Origin: a virus
Reading direction: 5' to 3' (one strand)
IMG/VR virus record: IMGVR_UViG_3300018025_000004
Coordinates: 1-61,807 of that record
DNA length: 61,807 nt
Below the pieces are notes generated by a model. The model was not told the origin of the DNA and ran no database searches. It was given only the letters and a program-made list of their open reading frames with translations. The stretch's first letter is position 1. Each line of letters begins with the position of its first letter. Shown in pieces: positions 1 through 7,460 of the stretch. Position numbers and translations under genes: made by a program.

Positions 1-125
1 CGGCTCGTCGTGGTGTGTGTATCCACCACGACAGTTTTTCCAATCACGTATTACGACGCCGGCTGTAAGTGACTTAGCGCGGCTCGTCGTGGTGTGTGTA
101 TCCACCACGACAGTTTTTCCAATTA
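1..125. repeat. Terminal 79-bp direct-repeat unit, 1.6 tandem copies (1-79, 80-125)
   Basis: nt 1-67 are letter-for-letter identical to nt 61741-61807. The unit contains inverted CCACGAC cores (TCGTGGTG..CACCACGA). Confidence 0.9.
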
Positions 126-129
126 CACA

Positions 130-301
130 CCACGACGGTTTTTCTTTGTATCCCTCACGCTAGAGTTTCCAATCACACCCTACGACGTTAATTCTTTGGG
201 CCACCGTGTCCCAAACACACACCACGACGCGCGCGCGTTGGCTTGTGACTACTGTGCCTCAAGCTCCACGATGAGAATTCTTTGGGCCACCGTGTCTCAA
301 A
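130..301. repeat. Iteron-like CCACGAC copies interleaved with two operator-like palindromes
   Basis: CCACGACGGTTTTTCTTTGTATCCC (130-154), CTACGACGTTAATTCTTTG (~180-198) and CCACGATGAGAATTCTTT (266-283) resemble the 25-bp iterons at 61148-61290. The palindromes TTTGGGCCACCGTGTC(C/T)CAAA lie at 195-215 and 281-301. Confidence 0.7.
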
Positions 302-384
302 CCATCACGAGCGTGGGCTGCGTTACGGTTAATGAAATTCGACACGCAAAAGAAAACCCACACTTTCGCGCGGGCTTTCTTTAT

Positions 385-420
385 CTCTTTTGTCACGTTC
401 GCCAAACGCCCAAGGGCGCT
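385..420 (-). promoter_or_regulatory. Diverged copy of the hairpin leader module (core AACGCCCAAGGGCGCT, 405-420)
   Basis: TCTCTTTTGTCACGTTCGCCAAACGCCC.. matches the right-arm modules. It lies 6 nt 3' of the stop of the 206-aa gene, so it may act here as a terminator-like hairpin. Confidence 0.5.
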
Positions 421-425
421 CAGCG

Positions 426-1046
426 TCAGGCGGTCAACGCCTTGGTTCCGGCGATAAAGCCCTCAATGACGTGGCGCGCGTCGAATGTCAAAACCTTGGC
501 GTTTTCGTTTTCAAAGCGTGAGAGCATGGCCGCGAGCTGGCCCATGAACGCGATGACACTGGCATTGTCAGCACATTTCTCAATGCGCACGTTATCAGCG
601 TTGAGCGCGACTTTCGCATCTTTGGTAACCGGCGCGTCAACAGGCGCTTTCACGTGGCGCGCGCCGCCGCGCTTGTCAGGATTGACGATTTCAGCCTGCG
701 AAGCAAGCCTATTCCAATGCTTTTCGGCGGCCCGAACCGTGTCATGTTGTGCTTTCGTGCGATAGCCCGCGACTCCTACTTTCTTGTCAGTGAAGGGCTT
801 GAGGCCAATGATGCTAGCAGCCTCATCCTGCTTAATGCCAGTAGCAGCGCAAAGCCGGCCTTCGACATAAGCGCCACGCGAGTTCGCCCAAACGATAATA
901 TAAGCAGCCTCATCGAGATCGGCAAGCGCATTGGTGATGAGAGCGATGGTAGCAGCACGCGCCACTTCGAAGCGCACGAACGATGCGCCTTCCGTCTTAG
1001 CGGCGGAGAAAACGCGAGCGGCGAGATTGTCAGTGAGAACGGCCAT
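426..1046 (-). CDS. Hypothetical protein, 206 aa; candidate DNA-binding regulator by context only
   Basis: ATG at 1046 is preceded by AGGGG 7 nt upstream. Two identical 29-bp operator-like repeats lie upstream. The gene is divergent from the late operon. No family recognised. Confidence 0.7.
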   Translation of the reverse strand: MAVLTDNLAARVFSAAKTEGASFVRFEVARAATIALITNALADLDEAAYIIVWANSRGAYVEGRLCAATGIKQDEAASIIGLKPFTDKKVGVAGYRTKAQHDTVRAAEKHWNRLASQAEIVNPDKRGGARHVKAPVDAPVTKDAKVALNADNVRIEKCADNASVIAFMGQLAAMLSRFENENAKVLTFDARHVIEGFIAGTKALTA

Positions 1047-1077
1047 GATAAACCCCTGTTAGTTAGGTGACGTTATG

Positions 1078-1098
1078 TTTGGGCCATCATGGCCCAAA
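1078..1098. promoter_or_regulatory. Operator-like perfect palindrome TTTGGGCCATCATGGCCCAAA
   Basis: 21-bp dyad 32 nt upstream of the 206-aa gene start. It is part of the exact 29-bp repeat CGTTATGTTTGGGCCATCATGGCCCAAAG. Confidence 0.7.
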
Positions 1099-1184
1099 GC
1101 CCACTAGGGCAGGTCAGCACCGCGCTAACCCCTCAACTATCCCTATAGTCGCATAGATCGCAGGCAATGTCAACAGTCGTTATG

Positions 1185-1205
1185 TTTGGGCCATCATGGC
1201 CCAAA
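1185..1205. promoter_or_regulatory. Second copy of the palindrome TTTGGGCCATCATGGCCCAAA
   Basis: Identical 29-bp repeat, 107 bp from the first copy. Confidence 0.7.
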
Positions 1206-1228
1206 GGCAATTCAAAGATTGCTTTTTC

Positions 1229-1265
1229 GGGGAGGCAAAGGGGCGGAGGGGGGTTTGGGGAGGGG
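1229..1265 (+). other. G-quadruplex-type G-run cluster
   Basis: Five runs of four or more G (1229-1232, 1240-1243, 1248-1253, 1257-1260, 1262-1265) separated by 1-7 nt, followed by the AT-rich stretch CATATATAAAATACC. Confidence 0.5.
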
Positions 1266-1349
1266 CTAGGCTCGGGCATTGCCCGTCACATATATAAAAT
1301 ACCTACTTTTTTCAAGATACATCGTACACGTTAGTACCCTTCAATTATA

Positions 1350-1470
1350 CCCCATCCTCGTGGCTTGCTCGTGCTCGGCCTCAGCCTCAGGCCTGCGCTC
1401 TTGCGCGCGTCACCGAACATCACCGAGCCATAACGCCCAAGGGCGTTTGGCGAGCGTGACAAAAGAGAAA
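1350..1470 (+). promoter_or_regulatory. 60-bp outer element plus hairpin leader module, rightward-facing copy (core 1432-1447)
   Basis: 1350-1414 is the reverse complement of 59551-59609 and 60679-60738. It is followed by CATCACCGAGCCATAACGCCCAAGGGCGTTTGGCGAGCGTGACAAAAGAGAAAGAG. Confidence 0.7.
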
Positions 1471-1580
1471 GAGAAAAAATTTTGTGTGCAAAATCAACAC
1501 CATATCCACCATCCTAGTGTGGCACATATCTTGCAATCGCGCGTGGGCGCGCAGGCGTATAAAGAAAGACACCCACACCC

Positions 1581-1609
1581 TTGACCTGCACACCCGTGGA
1601 GGTTACCAT
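1581..1609 (+). promoter_or_regulatory. Sigma70-like promoter candidate (TTGACC-17 nt-TACCAT)
   Basis: The -35 TTGACC lies at 1581-1586, the spacer is exactly 17 nt, and the -10 TACCAT lies at 1604-1609. Confidence 0.35.
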
Positions 1610-1615
1610 GCTCGC

Positions 1616-1707
1616 ACAACATTGGGGAATGTTGAGGCTGATCTCTGTGGACATGGGGAGAAAGCAACCAAGGGCGGTCCTGCCATCGGGGCCGCCCTTG
1701 TGTTTTT
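1616..1707 (+). ncRNA. Candidate ~90-nt small RNA or leader
   Basis: The predicted start is followed immediately by the hairpin CAACATT-GGGG-AATGTTG (1617-1634). The transcript would end at an intrinsic terminator. The alternative is a 57-codon ORF (1608..1781) behind GGAGG. Confidence 0.3.
1670..1707 (+). terminator. Intrinsic terminator candidate
   Basis: Stem AAGGGCGG / CCGCCCTT followed by GTGTTTTTG. Confidence 0.5.
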
Positions 1708-1740
1708 GCAGGATCAAAGTTACTGTGGAGGCACCCAAAC

Positions 1741-1790
1741 ATCACCGAGCCACACCGCCCAAGGGCGGTTGGCGAACGTGACCAAAGAGA
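1741..1790 (+). promoter_or_regulatory. Hairpin leader module immediately upstream of terS (core ACCGCCCAAGGGCGGT, 1754-1769)
   Basis: Same module with a compensatory A-T to C-G change in the stem. GTGACCAAAGAGAGCGCTGAGCG then runs directly into the ATG at 1801. Confidence 0.7.
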
Positions 1791-1800
1791 GCGCTGAGCG

Positions 1801-2256
1801 ATGGACACCGACTTCGACCCTGCCGGCCTCGGCTGGCCACCCACACTCCCGCTGGAGATTGCCATGGCTGAGATGCCGGTGCGCGAGATATGCGAGAGCT
1901 ATGGCCTGACCCGTGACGACTGGAAGCGGTTGAAGACCGACGAGAAGTTCATCGCCCAAGTGGAGCGTTACCGCGAAGAGCTTATGAAGGACGGCGTGTC
2001 CTTCCAGATGAAGGCTCGGCTACAGGCTGAGGTGCTCCTCAAAGAAAGCTGGCGCATGATCCACGCAACGGATGCGCAGGTGCCACCGGCGGTCAAGGCC
2101 GACCTCATCAAGAGCACCATGAAGTGGGCGGGTGTGGATCAGAGCGCCAAGGCGGCTGCGATGGTGCAGGCCCCGGCCCTGCTGATTAACATCCAGTTCG
2201 CGGGCAAGCCGCCGAGCTTCGCCCCGACCATTGAGGCCAAGGCCATAGAGGCCTAA
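1801..2256 (+). CDS. Putative terminase small subunit
   Basis: 151 aa, immediately 5' of terL. HTH-like N-terminal segment (REICESYGLTRDDWKRL). The assignment rests on position. Confidence 0.55.
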   Translation: MDTDFDPAGLGWPPTLPLEIAMAEMPVREICESYGLTRDDWKRLKTDEKFIAQVERYREELMKDGVSFQMKARLQAEVLLKESWRMIHATDAQVPPAVKADLIKSTMKWAGVDQSAKAAAMVQAPALLINIQFAGKPPSFAPTIEAKAIEA

Positions 2257-2257
2257 T

Positions 2258-2333
2258 GTCACTCCACCCGCGCGTCACTCCACCCACGCGTCACTCCACC
2301 CGCGCGTCACTCCACCCGCGCGTCACTCCACCC
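2258..2333 (+). repeat. Five direct repeats of GTCACTCCACCC at 16-bp spacing
   Basis: Copies start at 2258, 2274, 2290, 2306 and 2322, with GCGC/ACGC spacers. The array fills the terS-terL intergenic gap. Confidence 0.9.
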
Positions 2334-2343
2334 GCGCGAGACC

Positions 2344-2394
2344 AACGCCTTGAAGGCGTTGTCGAGCAAGGGGAATAAAAGAGAGAGAATAAAA
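2344..2394 (+). promoter_or_regulatory. Diverged hairpin (AACGCC-TTGAA-GGCGTT) plus AAAGAGAGAG leader in front of terL
   Basis: Same architecture as the leader modules: hairpin, ~20 nt, AAAGAGAG, then ATG. Confidence 0.4.
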
Positions 2395-3885
2395 ATGACC
2401 TCAATCATTGACTATAAGCCACCGCCGACGATTGAGCAGTTCATCGTGGATTACACGCCGGGCGCGCTGTTCTACGACTGGGTGGTTGGCCCCGTAGGGT
2501 CCGGCAAGACCACCGGGCTGTTCTTCAAGCTGGTGTATCTAGCCAGTCTCCAGTCACCCTCCCGCGATGGCGTCAGACGCTCACGCGCGGTGATCGTGCG
2601 TAACACCATGCCTCAGCTCAAGGACACCACCATCGTGTCGTGGAGCTACTGGTTCAAGGAGGGCGAGGCTGGTGAGTGGAACTTGACGGATAGGACGTTC
2701 ACGCTCCGGTTCGGCGACGTGGAGTGCGTGGTGCTGTTCCGCCCGCTCGATACGCCGGATGACGTGCAGCGCGTGCTGTCACTGGAGGTGAGCTTCGCCA
2801 TCATCGATGAGTTCGTGCAGATCAGGAAAGAGATTGTCGAAGCGCTGTCGGCGCGTCTCGGTCGTTACAAGCTCCCTGACGGCACCAAGCCCACCATCTG
2901 GGGCATGTGGGGTTCGTCCAACCCCTCGACGGAAGATAACTGGTGGTACGACTACCTGAATGACCCTGACACCTGCGAGACCATCGACCTAACGCGTGAC
3001 GACCCGGATGTCCTGCGGGCTAGGCGTGTCATGTCCGACGATACACGCAACGTGCGCTACTTTATCCAGCCGTCCGGTCAACGCCCGGAGGCTGAGAACC
3101 TTGAGAACCTGCCGGGTGGGCGGGAGTATTATACGAACCAGATGAAGGGCAAGAGCGAGACGTGGATCAAGCAGTTCGTGGACGCTGAGTGGGGTTACAG
3201 CGTCAGTGGCAAGCCGGTGGTCAACACGTTCAAGCCGGAGCTGCATATCGCCAAGAAGCGCCTCGTCTATAATCCCCTGCTCCCGCTGATCGCTGGTGTG
3301 GACCCCGGCCTTGCTGGCTCGGCGTTCATATTTGGGCAGCAGGACTTGCATGGACGGCTCAACGTGCTGGGGGAGTGCGTGCAGTCGGGCTATGGCGCGG
3401 AGCGGCTTGTGGCTGAGGTGCTTAAGCCCTACACGCGGCGGCGGTTCCCGCAGGCCAACCTGATCCTCGCGCCTGATCCGGCGGCGGCGAACCGCTCGCA
3501 GAACGACGAGAAGCAGGTGGTGCAGACACTCAGGAAGCACTACCCGGTGAGCATCGAGAGCAACAACCGCTTGCCGCTGCGCTTGAACGCCATCGAGCAC
3601 TTCACAACGAGGCTGGTGGATAGCGGCGCTGCCTTCCAGATCGACCCGTGGGAGTGCCCCATCACGGTGCGGGCGCTCAAGGGTGGTTGGCGGTGGGAGA
3701 TCAACGAGAAGAAGAGTATGATCTCCGGCGATGCCCCGGAGAAGAACGCCTATAGCCATCCCGGTGATGCCCTTGGCTATCTGTGCCGATACTTCCACAA
3801 GCAGACAGAACGTGAGTTGCGGTATGGTCCGCAGTCGGCTATATTTCGGCCACCGAGCTTCAAAAACCAGTACACATATCGCTGA
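2395..3885 (+). CDS. terL: Terminase large subunit
   Basis: Walker A GPVGSGKTT near the N-terminus, ~496 aa, located upstream of the portal gene. ATG 2395 (AAAGAGAGAG upstream) is preferred over the TTG at 2350 in the ORF track. Confidence 0.85.
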   Translation: MTSIIDYKPPPTIEQFIVDYTPGALFYDWVVGPVGSGKTTGLFFKLVYLASLQSPSRDGVRRSRAVIVRNTMPQLKDTTIVSWSYWFKEGEAGEWNLTDRTFTLRFGDVECVVLFRPLDTPDDVQRVLSLEVSFAIIDEFVQIRKEIVEALSARLGRYKLPDGTKPTIWGMWGSSNPSTEDNWWYDYLNDPDTCETIDLTRDDPDVLRARRVMSDDTRNVRYFIQPSGQRPEAENLENLPGGREYYTNQMKGKSETWIKQFVDAEWGYSVSGKPVVNTFKPELHIAKKRLVYNPLLPLIAGVDPGLAGSAFIFGQQDLHGRLNVLGECVQSGYGAERLVAEVLKPYTRRRFPQANLILAPDPAAANRSQNDEKQVVQTLRKHYPVSIESNNRLPLRLNAIEHFTTRLVDSGAAFQIDPWECPITVRALKGGWRWEINEKKSMISGDAPEKNAYSHPGDALGYLCRYFHKQTERELRYGPQSAIFRPPSFKNQYTYR

Positions 3886-3894
3886 GGAGGCCAC

Positions 3895-4197
3895 ATGGGT
3901 GTGCACGAAGCCTTCCACCGCGGTATCGAGACGTTGCGGAAGGCGGGTATGTTGCCCCCACCGCCACCCAATGCTTATGGGCTGAATGGCGTCAGCACCC
4001 CGATGGACGAGGAGATCACGGTGCGAGCGCTCATGCAGAAGCACCTCGGTATGGTTGAGAAGGGCCGTGGGACTGCTGGTGATGCGCAGGTTGATGCTGG
4101 CACGTTTCGGTTGGCCAACCACACTGACCAGCTTGACGCGCTGGAGGCAGCGGCTGCTAACTATCTCGCGAAACAACGCCCCGGTGGGCCTCGATAA
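3895..4197 (+). CDS. Hypothetical protein, 100 aa
   Basis: Strong SD GAGGAGG 5 nt before the ATG. Sits between terL and portal. Confidence 0.6.
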   Translation: MGVHEAFHRGIETLRKAGMLPPPPPNAYGLNGVSTPMDEEITVRALMQKHLGMVEKGRGTAGDAQVDAGTFRLANHTDQLDALEAAAANYLAKQRPGGPR

Positions 4198-4208
4198 GGA
4201 ACTACAAG

Positions 4209-6416
4209 ATGGTCCGAGCTATTGCCCCGGTGGATATTGCCACTCTGACGCCGCCGAACGTGCCGGTCAAGACACCCAAGGATGCGCCGGTCAAGGTCAT
4301 CCATGGGCGTGACCTCAAGCGTGTCGGTGACAAGTTCAACGACCTGTTCACGCAGTACAAGAGCGACAGGCGTCTCGCGGAGCTACGCTGGCTGCGTAAT
4401 CAGCGGCAGTATCTGGGGCTCTATGACCCGGAGATTGACAAGGAGATGTCGCCCAACCGCTCGCGGGCGTATCCGCGTATCACGCGTGTTAAGTGTATCA
4501 GCGTCCTCTCCCGTCTTATGAACCTCATGTTCCAAGGCACCGAGGAAAACTGGACCATCGCGCCGAGCCCGGTTCCCAACTTCAAGGTTGCCGACGTTGA
4601 GGAAGCTATCACCTCCGCGCAGCAAGAAGATCAGGCCGCAGGGGTTCAGAGCACGCTGAGTATCGAGTATGTCAACACCGCGATGCAGCGGCTCGCGCGC
4701 AAGCGTGCGGATGAGCTTATCGACACGATCAAGGATCAGCTCCAAGAGATTGGCGGCAATCAATCGTCGGATTACGTGGCGCTCAACCGGAAGGCTGTGC
4801 AGTCCGGCATCATCTACGGCGTCGGCGTCCTGCGGGGGCCGTATGCCGTGTCGTTCAAGCAGGTGGACGTGTCTCTGGAGCCCATGACGAATAAGCCGGT
4901 GGTGACCGAGCGCACGCGGTATAAGCCGCTGTTCGAGTTCCTGCCGGTGTGGGACTTCTATCCCGACATGAGCGCCAAGACGCTGGAGGGCATGGACGGC
5001 TACTTCACACGCACCGCTATGTCCAAGGCGCAGGTGCGCGCATTGGCTGATCGTGAGGACTTCTTCGCGGACCAGATCAAGGACTATCTCAGGACGAATA
5101 CGGTGGGCAACTACCGCCCCACAGAGTATGAGACCGAGCTTCGCACCATGGGCGTTCGGACCAACGTCAATGAGATGAAGATCGAGACCATGAAATACGA
5201 GATCGTCACATGGCACGGCATGGTGTCCGGCGACTTCTTGCGCATGTGTGGGGTGGATGTCGATGACGACAAGTTGACCGATGACCTTGAGGCCGAGATT
5301 TGGATGATCGCCGGCAACGTCATCAAGGCCGATCTCAATACGTGGCGCAAGCTCGACATGCAGGTCAAGACGCTCCACACGTTCCTGTTCGATGAGGACG
5401 ATACGTCTCCGCTGGGTCAGGGGCTCCCCAACATTGTGCGCGACAGTCAGATGGCCATCAGCGCGGCGACCCGCATGTTGCTGGACAATGCGTCAGTGAT
5501 CTGCGGGCCGAACCTCGAACTGAACACCGATCTGCTGCGCGGCGATCAGGATTTGGCGTCCACGACCGCATACAAGATGTGGTATCGCGAGGGCACCGGC
5601 CCCGATGCGCAGTTTCCGGCTGTCCGCAACGTCGAGATCAACGGTCATCTGGACGAGCTGCTCAAGGTGATCGAGCTGTTCATGAAATTTGCCGATCAGG
5701 AGACCTTCGTGGGGCCTGCGACCGGCGGCGACATGGCGCAGTCACCCTCCGAACCCATGCGCACGGCGGCTGGAGCCTCCATGCTGCGTGGGGATGCTGC
5801 GCTGCCGTTCAAAGACATTGTGCGGCAGTTCGACCGGCTCACCCAGAGCCTGATCCAGAGCCTTGTGTGCTTCAACCGGGCGTTCAACCCCGACAAGGCC
5901 CACGAGGGTGACTATAATATCATCGCGCGTGGCGCGACTTCGCTCATTGCGAAGGAGGTTCGTGGTATGCAGGTTGACCAGCTTGCGCAGACCCTGACGC
6001 CGGAGGAGAAGGATCACGTCGATATGCGTGCGCTTGTCCGGCAACGGATGTTGACGCGGGACTTGGCCGACCTCTTGTTGCCCGAAGACGAGGTTGCGCG
6101 TAATCAAGCGCAGCGTTCGCAGCAGCAGGACCAGCAGCAGCAGCTCGCAACCGCTGCGCAGCAGGCCCAGACCCGCAAGTTGCTGGCCGATGCGTACAAG
6201 AACATCGCGGCTGGCAACAAGAATAACGTCGCGGCGGACGCTCACCAGATCGAGACCGCGCTTAATTTGATGGTGCAGGGGGTGCAAGGTGGTGGACAAG
6301 CTCAACAAGGAGCAGTTGACGGAGCTGCTGGACCGGATCAGCAACCTCAAGGGGACGCCGGTCCACTCGGACCTGATCCGACTGCTCAATTACCGGCTGG
6401 ACAAGTCCAAGGATGA
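4209..6416 (+). CDS. Portal protein
   Basis: 735 aa, in the position between terL and the scaffold/capsid genes. Q-rich C-terminal region. The last 128 nt overlap the next ORF out of frame. Confidence 0.75.
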   Translation: MVRAIAPVDIATLTPPNVPVKTPKDAPVKVIHGRDLKRVGDKFNDLFTQYKSDRRLAELRWLRNQRQYLGLYDPEIDKEMSPNRSRAYPRITRVKCISVLSRLMNLMFQGTEENWTIAPSPVPNFKVADVEEAITSAQQEDQAAGVQSTLSIEYVNTAMQRLARKRADELIDTIKDQLQEIGGNQSSDYVALNRKAVQSGIIYGVGVLRGPYAVSFKQVDVSLEPMTNKPVVTERTRYKPLFEFLPVWDFYPDMSAKTLEGMDGYFTRTAMSKAQVRALADREDFFADQIKDYLRTNTVGNYRPTEYETELRTMGVRTNVNEMKIETMKYEIVTWHGMVSGDFLRMCGVDVDDDKLTDDLEAEIWMIAGNVIKADLNTWRKLDMQVKTLHTFLFDEDDTSPLGQGLPNIVRDSQMAISAATRMLLDNASVICGPNLELNTDLLRGDQDLASTTAYKMWYREGTGPDAQFPAVRNVEINGHLDELLKVIELFMKFADQETFVGPATGGDMAQSPSEPMRTAAGASMLRGDAALPFKDIVRQFDRLTQSLIQSLVCFNRAFNPDKAHEGDYNIIARGATSLIAKEVRGMQVDQLAQTLTPEEKDHVDMRALVRQRMLTRDLADLLLPEDEVARNQAQRSQQQDQQQQLATAAQQAQTRKLLADAYKNIAAGNKNNVAADAHQIETALNLMVQGVQGGGQAQQGAVDGAAGPDQQPQGDAGPLGPDPTAQLPAGQVQG

Positions 6417-6534
6417 GCTGGTAAATTCAGCCCCGGAAGACTTTCTGGTTCGACAAGGCAAGGCCCGCGCTTATAACGAGATGATTGCGGACCTACAACG
6501 GGTGCCCCTCAAACAAGGTGAGACGAGAAAATGA
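6289..6534 (+). CDS. Hypothetical protein, 81 aa
   Basis: GTG start behind AGGGGG. Third-position GC is near 100% in this frame where it overlaps the portal tail. ATGA overlap with the next gene. Confidence 0.55.
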   Translation: MVDKLNKEQLTELLDRISNLKGTPVHSDLIRLLNYRLDKSKDELVNSAPEDFLVRQGKARAYNEMIADLQRVPLKQGETRK

Positions 6535-7439
6535 CCACACAGGCGCTGGAGACCACTGTGACCAAGGCCGAAGAGCCGGTCGATACGTTCGCGGAAGCGT
6601 TCAAGCTCGCAACGCAGGATGATGCGCCGGACGCCGATAACGTTCAGCTTGAGATCGCAAAGGCGGCGGTCGAGGAGCCCGCGCCGCCCGAGCAAACTAA
6701 CTTTGATCCGGTGATCAAGGAGCCCGTGGTGGCTGTCGAGGAGCCCAAGGCCCCGGCGGTCGAGGAGCCCAAGGCCCCGGTGGTCGAGGAACCCAAGGCC
6801 CCGGCGGTCGATGACGGCTTGATGAACCGCTTTGTCGAGGCGCTGACCCAGAAGGTTGCCGCTCCGGCCCCGCAGCAGACCCAGCAGCAGGCCCCGGCGC
6901 TGTTTACGGACGTGGAAGCCAAGCTGCTGCAAGATTATGAGGCGGATTTTCCCGAAGTCGCGCGTGCTGAGGCCCTGCGGCGGCGTGCGGAGAACCAAGT
7001 GCTCGTGCAGCATATCTTTTCGCAGGTTGCGCAGGCGTTGCGCCCCATTCAGGAGGCGCTCGGCGGTGTTGTCGAGACGACCCACGTCGAAAATCTGCAC
7101 AAGGCGGTGCCGGACTACGACGATGTGCGCGATAAGGTCGTAAATTGGGTCGGAACGCAGCCGGCCTACTTGCGTGCTGCGTATGAGCATGTTATCCAAG
7201 AAGGCACGGTCGATGAGGTCGCTGATCTCATCACCCGCTACCGGACGGCGACAGGCGCGGCACCCGCTGCGGCGGCCCCTGTGGCGGTAATGGCCAAGAA
7301 AGATGTCGAGCTGCCTGACACAGCCAAACGAGCGGCTGCTGCGCTGGCCCCAGTCGCATCAAAACGCACGGCGGTCGTGCGAGGATCGGACCCCACTGAC
7401 TTCGATGGGGCGTTCTCGCAGTTCGCCAAAGAGCTTTGA
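6531..7439 (+). CDS. Putative scaffolding protein
   Basis: 302 aa, acidic and Ala/Pro-rich. Three 24-bp in-frame repeats (VEEPKAPA, 6735-6806). Sits between portal and major capsid. Confidence 0.55.
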   Translation: MTTQALETTVTKAEEPVDTFAEAFKLATQDDAPDADNVQLEIAKAAVEEPAPPEQTNFDPVIKEPVVAVEEPKAPAVEEPKAPVVEEPKAPAVDDGLMNRFVEALTQKVAAPAPQQTQQQAPALFTDVEAKLLQDYEADFPEVARAEALRRRAENQVLVQHIFSQVAQALRPIQEALGGVVETTHVENLHKAVPDYDDVRDKVVNWVGTQPAYLRAAYEHVIQEGTVDEVADLITRYRTATGAAPAAAAPVAVMAKKDVELPDTAKRAAAALAPVASKRTAVVRGSDPTDFDGAFSQFAKEL

Positions 7440-7460
7440 TCCTGATAAGAGGAGCCACGC

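Noticed and set aside
94-765. ORF 94..765(+) and the ORFs at 1279-1959 that run across the repeat region.
   Set aside because: They are translations of iterons, operators and leader modules, or run antisense to the 206-aa gene. They have no ribosome-binding sites and implausible composition.
1353-1375. A sigma54-type promoter (TGGCTTGCTCGTGCT) inside the 60-bp outer element.
   Set aside because: The GG-to-GC spacing is one nucleotide short of the TGGCAC-N5-TTGC consensus, and the -24/-12 flanks do not match.
2989-4176. Long antisense or out-of-frame ORFs in the ORF track.
   Set aside because: They are typical shadow ORFs of GC-rich coding DNA. They lie entirely within stronger, motif-bearing genes on the other strand or frame, they are Arg/Pro/Gly-rich, and they lack SD-linked starts.

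Examples are 2989..4176(-), 7359..8468(-), 9492..11213(-), 12910..14619(-), 31699..33483(-), 37272..39497(+), 39501..40751(+) and 50712..52523(+).
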